DNA from: Ginglymostoma cirratum
Lineage: Eukaryota
DNA: 64,000 nucleotides
Direction: 5' to 3'
NCBI GenBank assembly: GCA_024137785.1
Contig: JAHRHZ010000042.1
Span: 24,169,424-24,233,423 of the forward strand
The stretch's first letter is position 1. Every line of letters begins with the position of its first letter. The translations under genes and the position numbers were made by a program. Positions 13,740 through 25,974 of the stretch are shown here, piece after piece. Under the pieces are notes generated by a model that worked only from the letters and a program-made list of their open reading frames with translations, searched no databases and was not told the DNA's origin.

Positions 13740-14180
13740 TAAACAGCAAAATTGTTTCCTCCTCCACCCTTTGTTTACTTTAGATTTATTTATTCCAATG
13801 CTCTCCTGGTGAGCTTCCCATCTTCCAACCTCCATAAAAACTTGTTCAAACCAAAAGTCTGCTGCCTATATGCTAATTTGTTCAAAGTCTGACTCAAGCC
13901 ATCACACCTGTAAAAACTTTCTGCATCAGTTACTGGTCGGGCAACACCTCAATTTTAAAATGGTCTTGCTCATTTACAAATCTCTCCACGGTCATAGCCT
14001 TATCTGTTTCTGTAATGTCCTCTACCCCAAAAACTTTCAAGATCTTTGCGCTCCTCCAACTTTGGATACTTCCACATCTGCATTTTTGATCACTGCATGA
14101 TTGTTGAGCAAGGGTCCAAAGATCTGTGCTTTCAACCTCACTATCCACTTTAGGATGTTTCTTAAAACCCTGTTTCTTTG
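13740..14180 (+). mobile_element. L2-type LINE 3' fragment
   Basis: Resembles the L2 C-terminal motif ITP.L..LHWLP...FKILLL.YKSLHG (ORF 13870..14100: LHQLLVGQHLNFKMVLLIYKSLHGHS). Confidence 0.65.
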
Positions 14181-15484
14181 CTTGTTGTTGTTCACTGCTC
14201 CCAAAGTCATTGTTGCGGTAAGACAGCAGCCCATCAGTTGTTTGGCTGTTTATTCTCAGAGATGGAGCTGCCCCTTGGAAAGCAAATTAAGAGTTTATTG
14301 GTTGTTAAAAGAATGCTGAGGGAGAAGCTGCCCCTAATCCCAGTGTAAAATTCTGCCATTTATTGCGATAGCACTAGTGCTTTACGAGAACTTATTTTTG
14401 AATAAAAGAAAAACTATTTTTGAAAAAAAAAATATAAGTTTTTCAGTTTTGGCACTCGACCATAGCCAGGAAGGTGGCAGCTGAGGAAATGGATACAAGA
14501 ATAGCTTATTCAATTCTGCAGGCTAGTATCAAAGGTTAAGCATAGCTTAGAAAGGATTAAATTTGAAATAAACCAAAGCTGCATTTTGTTTTTTTCAGGA
14601 TAATAATTGGGATTGATTTTTCTTCTGGAAAAGACAGAGACCAATAAGTTACATTAAATTTCTTATCACTGCATTTTGCCTCCAGAATTCACACATACCT
14701 CTAAATGTTACATTTATGTCCCTGAACAGTGGGGTCAAAATAGAATGATGGCTCAGACTACACAATGTACAGGCCAATAGCAGCAATTAAGATTCAAGCC
14801 AGCTCTCAGTAAACAGCAAAGCACAAAAAAATCCATATTTTCAATTTCTTTCCAATTAGCAACCAGGCAAAATCAGCAATCACAAAGCCAACATGAATCT
14901 GTCATAGCCCTGGACACTGGAAGACAAGTAACACTCAATAAATTGGTTCAAATATAAATTTTGAATTCATTAATACAGACACAGGGAATTTCCTCAGGAA
15001 TTCCTTCCAATGGTTGCTGTGCCTTCATTAGAAGGTCAGCAGAAAACCAAGAAATACCACTTAAACAGGATGTTCCAGTGCCAATCACCAATTTAAATTA
15101 CAGCAGGTGACTGGGAGATATCTTCAAGGAAACAAACATTGGTCATACTGCACTTTATGTGCATTCACCAAAGGTAACCAGTGAGAAAACTCATGGAAGT
15201 GGATTGTTTTTCAATTTTTAAAATGTTGTAGGAATTGTTTATTCTTACGGCTGTTAGCTTAGAAGTGATCAGCTATAGTTACTTCTTAGGCTCAAGATGT
15301 GAAAGATGCAGGTCTGGGTGGTATTCTGATGTTATTTAATCTTTCAGCTGAAAAGTAAAACAACTTTTATGCAATTACAACAAAGTGACAATGGCAGAAA
15401 AAGTGCAATAAAATAGTCAGACTGTAAGTCCCGATCACACATTATGTAGGCAGCTCTGTTAGCCAAGCTGAACTGGTATAGTGA

Positions 15485-15550
15485 TATAACAAGGGGTAGA
15501 GCTGGATGAACACAGCAGGCCAAGCAGCATCAGAGGAGCAGGAAAGCTGA
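15485..15550 (-). mobile_element. Penelope pseudo-LTR fragment running into an assembly gap
   Basis: gagctggatgaacacagcaggccaagcagcatcagaggagcaggaaagctga, essentially identical to the pLTR at 55380-55435. Confidence 0.85.
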
Positions 15551-15950
15551 NNNNNNNNNNNNNNNNNNNNNNNNNNNNNNNNNNNNNNNNNNNNNNNNNN
15601 NNNNNNNNNNNNNNNNNNNNNNNNNNNNNNNNNNNNNNNNNNNNNNNNNNNNNNNNNNNNNNNNNNNNNNNNNNNNNNNNNNNNNNNNNNNNNNNNNNNN
15701 NNNNNNNNNNNNNNNNNNNNNNNNNNNNNNNNNNNNNNNNNNNNNNNNNNNNNNNNNNNNNNNNNNNNNNNNNNNNNNNNNNNNNNNNNNNNNNNNNNNN
15801 NNNNNNNNNNNNNNNNNNNNNNNNNNNNNNNNNNNNNNNNNNNNNNNNNNNNNNNNNNNNNNNNNNNNNNNNNNNNNNNNNNNNNNNNNNNNNNNNNNNN
15901 NNNNNNNNNNNNNNNNNNNNNNNNNNNNNNNNNNNNNNNNNNNNNNNNNN
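15551..15950. other. Assembly gap (400 N)
   Basis: Run of N. Confidence 1.
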
Positions 15951-16579
15951 ACTCCAGTCACCTGCCTTTGCACATACAAGTGTTTTCTCACTTCTTTCCT
16001 GAAAAGCCTGATTCTTACATTGAGATTGTTCCCTCCCCTTATGCTGAAAAAAGCTTTCCTCTCTCTAACATATTAATTACTTTTAACTTCTTGAAAACTT
16101 TAATTAAATCTGTTGGAATACTCCAGTATATTGTGAACTCTTGGTTAATGCTTTTAAAACTGGTCACAAACAAATGTTAAAATGACTGTTACAATCATAT
16201 GATATTTGATTTTTTGAGTTACAGTCTGTACCAAATCTCAGACATATACCAAATTAAATGTGAACATTTCAGGTCAGCTGGGGGATTCGCATATCGCTCT
16301 GGTTTAAGAAATGGCCAACCATAAAAACAGGATGGAATCCACAGCCTGCCTGTTTCCAAGTTTCACATTGAATTAAAGTAGAAATCAGAACCCAAATATT
16401 TGGCAGACAGTTGTGAATGGACACAAGATTACACTTCTTTTGTATGCTAATGGTTTCCTTATGCAAAGTGGGTTAAGCGAATCTCAAATGCACTAAGCAA
16501 CAACCAAGAGTGTTGGAATCAACATAATCACAACTCTTGATTTGGAAAACTCTATAAACTTGTGAAAAATCACATCGTT

Positions 16580-17158
16580 AGATAGCAAGGTGAAGAGCTG
16601 GATGAACACAACAGGCCAGGCAGCATCAGAGGAGCAGGAAAGCTGACGTTTCGGGTCTGGACCCTTCTTCAGAAATGGGGAAGGGGAAGGGGGCTCTGAA
16701 ATAAATAGAGAGAGTGGGAGGTGATGGTAGAAGGTGGATAGAGGAGCAGATAGGTGGAGGGAAGACAGACAGACCAAGGAGGCGGGGATGAAGCCAGTAA
16801 AGGTGAGTGTCGGTAGGGAGTTGGGATGGGGTTGGTCAGTGAGGAGGGAGGGGTGTCTAGGTGGTAGGGAAGATGGAGAGGTCAAGGAGGCAGGGATGAG
16901 GCTAGTAGGTAGGAAGTGGGGGTGGGGTGGAGGTTGGTCAGTGAGGTGGGAGGAGCGGATAGATGGGAGAAAAGATGGACAGGTCAAGGAGGCGGAGGCG
17001 GAGACGAGATGGGCTGGGTTAGGCTTGGAGACCACTTTGAGGAGCACCTACGCTCAGTTCGTGATAAATGACAACACTTCCCAGTTGCAAACCACTTCAA
17101 CTTCAACTACCCCCACCCCCACCCCCCCCACAACATTGGACGACACGTCCATCCTGGA
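16580..17158. mobile_element. Penelope-like element: minus-strand pLTR joined to a plus-strand GIY-YIG-region fragment
   Basis: 16580-17020 is pLTR plus purine-rich repeat, as at 55368-55780. 17022-17158 reads RLGDHFEEHLRSVRDK*QHFPVANHFN...LDDTSIL, homologous to RLGDRFADHL...LPVANHFN in ORF 55794..56090. Confidence 0.85.
16641..16676 (-). ncRNA. Minimal type I hammerhead ribozyme motif in a PLE pLTR (intact core)
   Basis: Minus strand: uuu-CUGAAGA-A-GGGU(CCAG)ACCC-GAAAC-GUC-ag. Conserved core, 4-bp helix II, palindromic ACGU in place of helix III. Helix I is weak. Confidence 0.7.
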
Positions 17159-17759
17159 TGATCTCACTGGAAATAAACACTTCTCTAATATGTTCCAGCT
17201 AAAAAGTAACTCCCTGGAAAATTGTTATCAAGAAACCTCACAGCGTCCTTCACTTCTCATGACCCTCACTTCAAATTTCTTTTATTGGGACAGCAGAGAT
17301 TATAAACAAAAATAAAACAGATTATTATAACCTGAAAAGACCAATTATTTTTATTTTTGCATTTTTGTTTGTGGACTGAATTAGGAAAATGACTGTTCTA
17401 AAACTGAGGTATGTTGTAGGTATTGCTGTGCTTTTAAAAAGTGAGTTATTGAAACTCATTGTAAGTCATGTTTACATTGTTGCTTCGCTCAATCACTGAG
17501 GGAGGAGGGTTTTTTTTTGTAAACGGGCAGATGAATTCAAGTGAGATTTCGCTGACAGATTCCTGATTGTTCGGTGGAGTTCTTAACAGTCGTGGATGCC
17601 AAAGGCCAATGTCCTGACAACAGCTATCTGATAGGCTGCTGAGTAGCTGAACAGCTTGTGGGTGCGAATAATACTGGCAGAACCCTTTGGACTGCTGCCA
17701 GGGCATACGGTTTGTATTTTTCTCCAGTAAAATACCTAAAAATTGATGAATCTAAAGAA

Positions 17760-17885
17760 ATAGCAAAATACTACAAATACTGGAAGTCTTAAATAAAACA
17801 AAACAATGCCAGAGAAACTCTGTGCCTGGCAGCATTGATGGCAAGAGAAACAGAGTTAACATTTTGAGTCCAGTTTGACTTCCAC
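17760..17885 (-). mobile_element. Decayed Penelope pLTR fragment
   Basis: gcaaaatactacaaatactggaagtc...ctggcagcattgatggcaagagaaacagagttaacattttgagtcc, same layout as 40773-40907. Confidence 0.6.
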
Positions 17886-18059
17886 AAAGTAGTTTTTGCC
17901 TTCCCGTCACTGTCCGGCACTATAAAGAACATATCAGATTAATCAGAATTTCCTGTCATAAATGCAGAGCTCTTTCTTAATGTAAAACACTTCCCATGTG
18001 ATTGCCACTCCTTGGAGTTTAGCCTTCTGAATGTAATGGTTTACATTAGTTTACTCTTG

Positions 18060-18750
18060 TTGCTTGTACCTGACATATATATTTCAGAGCACATGGAATC
18101 GTAAATTGTTTAGGACCTCCACTGTCCCTGACTTTCAACATTTAAATAACACTTGTATTTGTCTTTTCTAATGATCTAAAATTTACCTGTTTTGAAATCC
18201 ATCTGTCACAGTCTTGCCTCCTCAGTTAATCTGTCAATGTTTCTTTGTAATTTTATGGTCCTGTCCACATTACTTACAGTACTACCAATCTTTGTGTCAT
18301 TGGCAAACTTAGATTTATGGCTCTCTACTGTGTTATCTAAGTTATTAATAAACATTGTGAATAGTTTAGGATTCAGCATAGATCCTTTTAAAACACCACT
18401 GGTCATTTCCTGCCGATTGAAGTACATAATCATTGTCACTATTTACTGACCTTTGCTGTCAAACCAACCACCTAACCAGAGAAAGAATTTGCCATCAAAA
18501 CCATAGGGTTTAATTTTGGCTTGGAGTTCACTGCTATGGAACATTGCTTCTCTTTGAACATTCATGAACACTGCATTCACAAATATATCTGCCCATAACT
18601 TTAGTTACTTTTTGAAACATACTATTAGATCCAGTAGTCATGGCTGACACTTTGCAAACCCATATGGCTCTCTCCAATGAGCTCAGATTCTTCTTACTTT
18701 TATAAGTGCTCCATCACCTCATCTTCAATCATTGATTAAACATCAACTTT
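18060..18750 (-). mobile_element. Decayed CR1 RT fragment
   Basis: SGVLKGSMLNPKLFTMFINNLDNTVESHKSKFANDTKIG...LQRNIDRL (ORF 18206..18439). Confidence 0.8.
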
Positions 18751-20888
18751 TACTTTTCCTGCATTTTGCACAATGAAATATCTCAAGCAGCATTTTTAAA
18801 CTAAATATTACAATGAACCACATAAAGAGATAATGGGCTGGATTTTCCATGGAGTGGCAATGTCCTCACTCCCCGCGCTCTGTCCTTATCTTCCCCCTTC
18901 CCTGTCCTCCCTCCCATCCTTGTTATCATTGCTCTCCTTCCCACAGTGCATCCATTCTCACTTATCTTGTTCTCCCCTGTCTTTATCTTCTGTCCTCACT
19001 TTCTTGCCGACCTGTCCCCACTCCACCTCCTATTTCAGCATCCTATCTCTTTTCTGTGATTGCAGTCATCCAAACTGTGAGTGAAGTCATCCAGCAGATA
19101 CTGCCTTTTTAATCAAGAGAGAGAATTCTGGAGTTGAGAGGCCAATTTAATTTTATGGCTAAAGCACTTGCAATTTCCTCATCTGCCACCCTGGAGTGGA
19201 AACCATTAAGTTCTGGTTCAGTTTTTGTGCTACTGCTGTTTTCAACAGCATTGACTTGCTGAAATTGACTCTAGTCCCTGAGAACTTTGCTTAGCTGTTT
19301 GAGTTGCTATACCTTTTCACGACTTCAAAAATAAAAAAAATTATTAAACAAGGCTGCCATCTCTTGATGACAAACGTATGCATACTTGCTTTAAAAGGAT
19401 GCCACTGTTGACTGCCCTTTTCCTCTTGATATAATCATGAAGAAAACTTAACAGATTAGCTGCTGGCACTATATAAATCCACATGCAAACTTCCCGAGAT
19501 CCTGGTAGCAAGGCATTTGGTTGCCTTGGGGGGGGGGGGGGGGTGTGGTTTCCTATAAGAGATGGTGGAAGTATGACCCACTGGTGTCGCATAGCATGAG
19601 CAAAATCAACAGTACGTGTAGCTTATAGTCAATGCGCCACAAAAACTGCAGTAAGTCAAACTTTATAGACAGGATTAGTTGACCACATTTAAAAAGTTTA
19701 AACATACCATTGGAACAAAAACTATTTAAACAGGTTTCACAGCATTAAACATTTTGAAACATTTTTTGAACAGTGTAATTAATTTTGATCATAAAAATAA
19801 TTTTTTTAAAAGTCTAATAAGTTATGTTGAAAATTCTTAAATTTTAGTTTTGACAAGATTTATTTCACTCAACAGGTGGTCAAACTGTCAAACTTGCTCC
19901 CACATAAGGCTGTACAGTCAAGGTCACAGAATATTTTCAAGAAATAGGTTGACAATGTTTTCGATATGCAGGGCATCAAGTGATACAGACAGAAAGCGAG
20001 AATACAGCACTGAGATGGAGAATCAGCTGTGACCGTACGGGATGGTGGAGTAGGCTCTAAAGGCTGAATGGCCTATCCCGACTCCTAGTTTCTATGTTTC
20101 TATTATTACATTTTAAAAGGTTCCATGCTGAAAACAATTAACTTCATTTTAACCATTAAACGGTTCTGTCTGGTGTGGGCCTTGACCTCATTCAGGAGGT
20201 GCAAATTGAGAAGGCTCTATTAGGCCTGGAAGTAGGTTTAACGTTTTAAAGTGTGGTCATGTTGTAGTTGATGTGCAATTAGTCCAACTTCACACTGTGA
20301 GTGAACGCCTTGAGAGTGGAGTTTTCTTTTTCAACACGATGAAACTTTCAAAATTGACAGAACGTACATCCAGAAGGTGCAGGTCCTGACATCCTGATCT
20401 TATTAGAATAACAGGTCGGCACAACATTGTGGGCCAAAGGGCCTGTACTGTTCTATGTTCTATGTTCTTTAAGAAGCTCGTCACAAAATCCAGCTCATTA
20501 ATGTGTCCACCTTGGCATTTCTCAAGGTAAATTTCATATTCCCTTTTGCAGTTCCTTACATTTTCTTTTGCAATTCTTTGCTGTTGTTTGCTCTCCTAAT
20601 ACCCTTAGATTTTGATTATTCTTTGCAATTTTGGATCAGCTTTCCCTCGTCTATCAATTTTTTAAAACTGATGAATGTTTTATTTGTTGAGCAGAACTAT
20701 TCATGTTAAAGGGTACATACTGGTAGTTTATTAAGCCAAATATTTTTATTGTGAACACTTCTGCCTGTTTATCTGTAATTTAATTTAAAATTGCATTGCA
20801 TGATGCAGTAGATATTTTCTTGCCATAAAATTGCTCATTGAGTATGGTACATTACTTATCATTAAATCCTTTGTTGATTCACGAATAT

Positions 20889-22744
20889 GGGGCAAATCTT
20901 ATAGGAGTCTGATGAATATGGACTATAGCAAGATTTGAGGCAGAATCAGATAAGAAGTCAAGCTAGGTCTACCTTGAGGTAGCATCTCATTCTACCTTTC
21001 ATGCTATTGTTGAGGAGCACAGGAATTTTCTCACCAAGCACTGAATTTGCCAATTTAGGGGGATTATCACCTCCGAAGTCCTTTATTAATGGCACAATTT
21101 GCCTCACCAATATTCAGCCTCCTATCTTACCAAAAACACGAAATAATGTGGGAAACTGAGCCATCTCAACATGGAAATCAGAGTGGGTACCTGGTGGTTT
21201 CAGTTTGCTGCTTGTTCCAAAAGACCTCCATGTTGGACATTAGGCACCAACATCTCAGGCATGCTCAATGGGCAGCAGGCATACATGCCCAATGTCCATA
21301 GACATTGGAATCTGACAGATGTCAGTCTCTAAGAGCCCTCATCGCACATCTCCAATCCACTTACAGGACACTTCTGTACATCAATACTGCACTTTCTGGG
21401 TTGTAACAGGAAGTACGATTGTAACTGGTGCAAGGGCGCTTTGAACTCGGAGACACACACCCAGCTCATGGGCTGGAGCAAGGTGCATCTCTAGGTCTTC
21501 TTTGCTCACAGTCTCTCTCACATTCACACACTCTAAGCCTACCTTGTTACTCACAGCATCACTGCCCTGCATTGCCCTCTCAGCCTGTGCTACCAGCATT
21601 GTCTCCTCTAAACTGTGAGGTCCATTTACCACAACAAAGATCAGAAGGAGTGTTACTCATATTTCTCGTGCATTGCCTCACCATTTGGTGCAGACACAAA
21701 GGCAAGAAGCTTGTTTATGACTGTCAAAGGGTTTTCCCTGTACTCAGGGGGTCCCAGCATAGTCAGTGAAGGATAGCCCCCAATACCAGTCCAGGAGCTT
21801 GGTTATGGTCAATTTGTTGCTTGGGGGAGTCAGAGTTAGGATGAGTTGAGAAGTCAAATGTCAGGCAGCCATTAGCCATCGCAACTCTTTCTGCCCTGTT
21901 AGGGTCTATTTTACTCCTGGAATGAGAGAGAGGTAGATATTCCAGGAGGTGAAGGTGGATGGCACAGCTGTTACAGTTAGTGCAGGGGCGGAGGGGTCAG
22001 ATTGAGTGAGTAGGCAGCGCGTAGTACAGTAGGGGCGAGTGGTGTCAGCGGTTGGAGTGGGTGACAATGAGTGCTGGTACATGTTGCAGGCAATAATGAG
22101 AGTGCGAGAGCATAAGCGCTGGTGAGAGGCAAGTACGGTAGCAGAGATAGGGTGAGTGTGAGGTCTCGAAGAGAAAGTGGTGGCACTGATGCTAGCAGAG
22201 TGGAGTAAATCATTCACCTTCTTCTTACAGTGCTGGGCATTCCTCCAGACGGCTGACACTGCACTGCCCATGGTGTCAGCCGTACACCAGGCTGACACAC
22301 CACGGATTCATCTGCTGTTCCTGGGGAAGAGCAAGGCCTGTGTCCATACACCATATTCATCAGGACCACCATATCCCAGCCTGGTAAGTGAGATGATAAT
22401 TTTCCATTGTTTGCCTGTGTCACGGCATATGTCAGACACCATGCCAGGTTGTTGTGGACTGACAGTTCTTGTCTGGATGCACAATGGGCTTTTAATTATG
22501 CTAGGGACACAGACGATGCCAGCTTTTCCGCAGATACCCACTGAGTGGTGTGTTGTTCTGGGAATGCTGTTGGTAAAGTGGGGTTAGAATTAAATGTTAC
22601 GGATGACACAGTGTTGAGGGAGATTGTTATTGAGGTGCATTTGGTAAGATACTGTGAAAATCTTACTGGACATCATGGTGACAATCCGTCCAAAATCTCA
22701 ACACAACTTGTACTTGGCTGAAAAGCTAAAATAAGACTCAGTCC
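20889..22744 (-). mobile_element. PIF/Harbinger-derived element with Myb/SANT-like ORF2 remnant
   Basis: ORF 21906..22298 has AVSAVWRNAQHCKKKVNDLLHSA, a Myb/SANT helix motif (W..VA..VS....R...QC.KK.NDL). The ends ggggcaaatcttat and ataagactcagtcc both resemble the motif GGGCTGAATCTTAT at 44466, in inverted orientation. Confidence 0.65.
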
Positions 22745-22969
22745 ACATTCTTTCGTAAAACTGTCCTGTTCATGCATTTTCTGTTGATACCCTGAAAGAG
22801 TTAACTCACATCATGAGTTAAACTCTGCCCATCATTATATATAAACTGTTCCTGGGGGTGCGAACGAGTTGTTATTCTCAGTGGCAAGGCCAATTCTAAT
22901 GATAACACCACCTACATACAGTATTAACTCTCAAGTCAAGCCTAATTCTCATAAGAGACTATCATGTAA

Positions 22970-23228
22970 GAGCTGCATCCTGATGCTGCCTGCCTTGCTG
23001 TGTTCCTCCAGCTCCACACTGTGTTGATCCTGATTCCAGCATCTGCAGTTCTTGCTATCTCTGAGTGACTTAAAACCTCACTGAGAAGCCTCTTCCAAGG
23101 ATGCCCACCTTGAAGAAGTTGTCCTCCTCCCTCCAGAATAAAGAGTTCTGAAGCAGGGTCCCGACCTGAAATGTCAACTTTCCTGTTCCTCTGAAGCTGC
23201 CTGACCTGCTGTGTTCCTCCAGCTCCTT
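22970..23228 (+). mobile_element. Mini non-autonomous PLE / retrozyme-like insertion with terminal direct repeats and a hammerhead
   Basis: 14-bp TSD agactatcatgtaa (22956-22969, 23229-23242). pLTR segment repeated at 22980 and 23191. Hammerhead-like gagtt-ctgaagc-agggtcccgacct-gaaatgtc-aactt at ~23143-23181. Confidence 0.75.
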
Positions 23229-23987
23229 AGACTATCATGTAACTTGGATTTCATGTCGCTATCAATTGAATACTATGCATAAACCTATTCTGGTCAAGAT
23301 CAACCATGTATTAGCCAAAGTCTTTGTGTGGACATCCTTCTACTTTTTGCTTTAGTTACTTAAGCAAATTCAAATAATTAGCATTGGTGTCAATGATCCA
23401 TCCAAGGCATCTCAGATGTTTCAAATGAACATTTCAGAAGGGCAGATATTCCGATACATACCATTTTGGAGGGCATTTGTCTTCCATGATGAACAACAGG
23501 AGGAGTAATGCAGCCTTTCCAAAGAAAAATCTGAAAATGCCAGCTGTGATCAAAAATTCTGCTTAACAGTTAACAGAAATGTAAATCTTTATCCGTTCTC
23601 TGATCAATTAAAGATCAGGAAGTTTAAATATTAAAGGAACTTAGTGATATATTTCATATCTTTATCAATGCTCAAGTCAGATTAATCTGTGAAACATTTA
23701 TGTATGTGTAACACCATCTTTAACGTGGGATTGTCAAATTTCATTGAACGTAAGGCTCAGCCATTATTCAATAGATTATCTGTGTAGAACAATTAACAGC
23801 TCATTTACTTTTCCACACAGTTAATTTCCTCCTTTATATAAAAAAAGCTCCAGTCCCTCTTGAAACTCTTAAAAATACTATTAGTCACTATTATGCTTAA
23901 AGATAATGACCCCCATCAGTGGCTAATTTCAAAATACACATTTAAATCAGACTTGTTTTCATGAGCTACATGGAAGGATATGATAGA

Positions 23988-24118
23988 ATTCTGAAGGAGG
24001 GTCACTGGAACCAAAACATTGACCCTGTTTCCTCTTCACAGAATCTGCCAGACCTGTTGAGTTTCTCTAATGATTTTGTTTTCACTTCAGATTTCCAGCA
24101 TCTATACTTGTTTATTCT
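23988..24118 (+). mobile_element. Penelope pLTR fragment with decayed hammerhead
   Basis: ttctgaaggagggtcactggaaccaaaacattgac...ctgccagacctgttgagtttctc...gatttccagcatct. Confidence 0.7.
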
Positions 24119-24591
24119 TTAATACAAAGCATTGTTTCTTTCAAAATAGAGGAGGCTCAGGGGAGAGTTAAGTAAGATACATGAAATATGAGGAACTGAG
24201 GAAGAGAGAATAGTGTGTTGGTGCTGACAGTTTGTGAAGTCTGGTGGAGCGGGGTTGCCATGAGTGGAGGCCTCACGCCGTTTCCTCTTCCCTCGCTTGT
24301 TGGGTTTCACCTACAGCCTGGACCAGATTTAGGGCCAAGGCTCCTTCATGTTGGGGAAGGGGGTCTGGAATAGATTGTTTGATCAGAGAGGAGAACTAGT
24401 TTGGGCAGCATTTGACGAGCAGTTCTGAGCGCACTAACACTGAAGACTAACAAACAATTTAAGACATACATTAACATGAGGGTTTATAGCATGGGAATAG
24501 AGCTGGGAGTCAATGTTCAATGTCAAAACCAATAAAGGTACAAAAATTTGGTTATTGCCAAACAACAAGCTATCCAGTGTGACATGGTCCC

Positions 24592-25938
24592 TTATAAGAA
24601 CATAAAAACTGGGAGCAGGAGTAAGCCATCCGGCCCCTCGAGCTTGCCCCACCATTTAATAAGATCATGGCCAATCTTTTTCAGACTCAGCTCTACTTAC
24701 CCGCCCACTCACCATAACCCTTAATTCCTTTCCTGTTCAAAAATTTATCTAGCCTTGCCTTAAACACATTCAGTGAGGTAGCTTCAACTGCTTCACTGGG
24801 CAGGGAATTCCACAGATTCACAACCCTTTGGGTGAAGAAGTTCCTCCTGAACTCAGTCCTACATCTGCTTCCCATTATTTTGAGGCGATGCCCTCTAGTT
24901 TCACCTGCTAGCGGAAACAACCTCCCTGCCTCCACCTTATCTATTCCCTTCATAATCTTATATGTTTCTATAAGATCTCCCCGCATTCTTCTGAATTCCA
25001 ATGAGTATAATCCTGGCCTACTCAGTCTCTCCTCATAATCCAACCCTCTCAAGTCTGGAACCAACCGAGTGAATCTCCTCTGCACCCCCTCCAGTGCTGG
25101 TATATCTCTTCTCAAGTAAGGAGACCAAAACCGCACACGGTACTCCAGGTGTGGCCTCACCAGGACACTAGACAGCTGCAGCACAGCCTCCCTGTTTTTA
25201 AACTCCATCCCTCGAGCAATGGCAGACAAAATTCCATTTGCCTTTTTAATTACCTGCTGCACCTGCAATCCCACCTTCAGCGATTCATGCACAAGGACAC
25301 CCAAGTCCCTCTGCACAGCAGCATGCTACAATTCTTTTACCATTTAAAACATAGTCCATTTTGCTGTTATTCCTACCAAAATGGATGACCTCACACTTAT
25401 CAACATTGTACTCCATCTGCCAGACCTTTGCCCACTCACTTAGACTATCTGTATCCCCCTGCAGACTTTCAGTGTCTTCTGCACATTTTTCTCTACCACT
25501 CATCTTAGTGTCATCTGAAAATTTTGACACACCACACTTAGTCCCCACCTCCAAATCATCTGTGTAAATTGTAAACAATTGCGGTGCCAACACCGATCCC
25601 TGAGGCACACCACTAGCCACTGACCGCTAACCAGAAAAACACCCATTTACCCTTACTCTTTGCTTTCTACTAGTCAACCAATCCTCTATCCATGCCAATA
25701 CATTACCTGTAATACTGTGCAACTTTATCTTATGTAGCAGCCTTTGGCGTGGCACCTTGTCAAATGCCTTCTGGAAATCCAGATACACCACATCCACAGG
25801 TTCCCCAGAGTCCAACATGCAAGTAATGTCCTCAAAGAATTCCACCAAATTAGTTAAACATGACCTACCCTTCATGTACCCACACTGGGTGCTCCCAATG
25901 GGAGAATTTGTATCCAGATATCTTGCTATTTCTTCCTT
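24592..25938 (-). mobile_element. 5'-truncated CR1 LINE, well-preserved RT and C-terminus
   Basis: ORFs 25627..26061, 25285..25620 and 24693..25316: GRSCLTNLVEFFE, VDVVYLDFQKAFDKV, SGVPQGSVLAPQLFTIY, KFSDDTK, RPHLEY, RGDLIETYKI, FFTQRVVNLWNSLP. Tail repeat at ~24595. Confidence 0.95.
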
Positions 25939-25974
25939 ATATGTCAAGTTCAGCAACTCAGATACTAAAACAAT

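Noticed and set aside
15530-15991. Long ORFs spanning N runs (also 42382..43104)
   Set aside because: Artefacts of translating assembly gaps.
16493-17315. 184-aa and 193-aa overlapping ORFs
   Set aside because: Low-complexity purine/pyrimidine-biased PLE repeat sequence that is open by composition. Not host genes.
24119-24440. GC-richer patch with basic ORF (KRGKRKRR)
   Set aside because: Short, with no splice or family evidence. Probably an unidentified TE remnant that I cannot assign.
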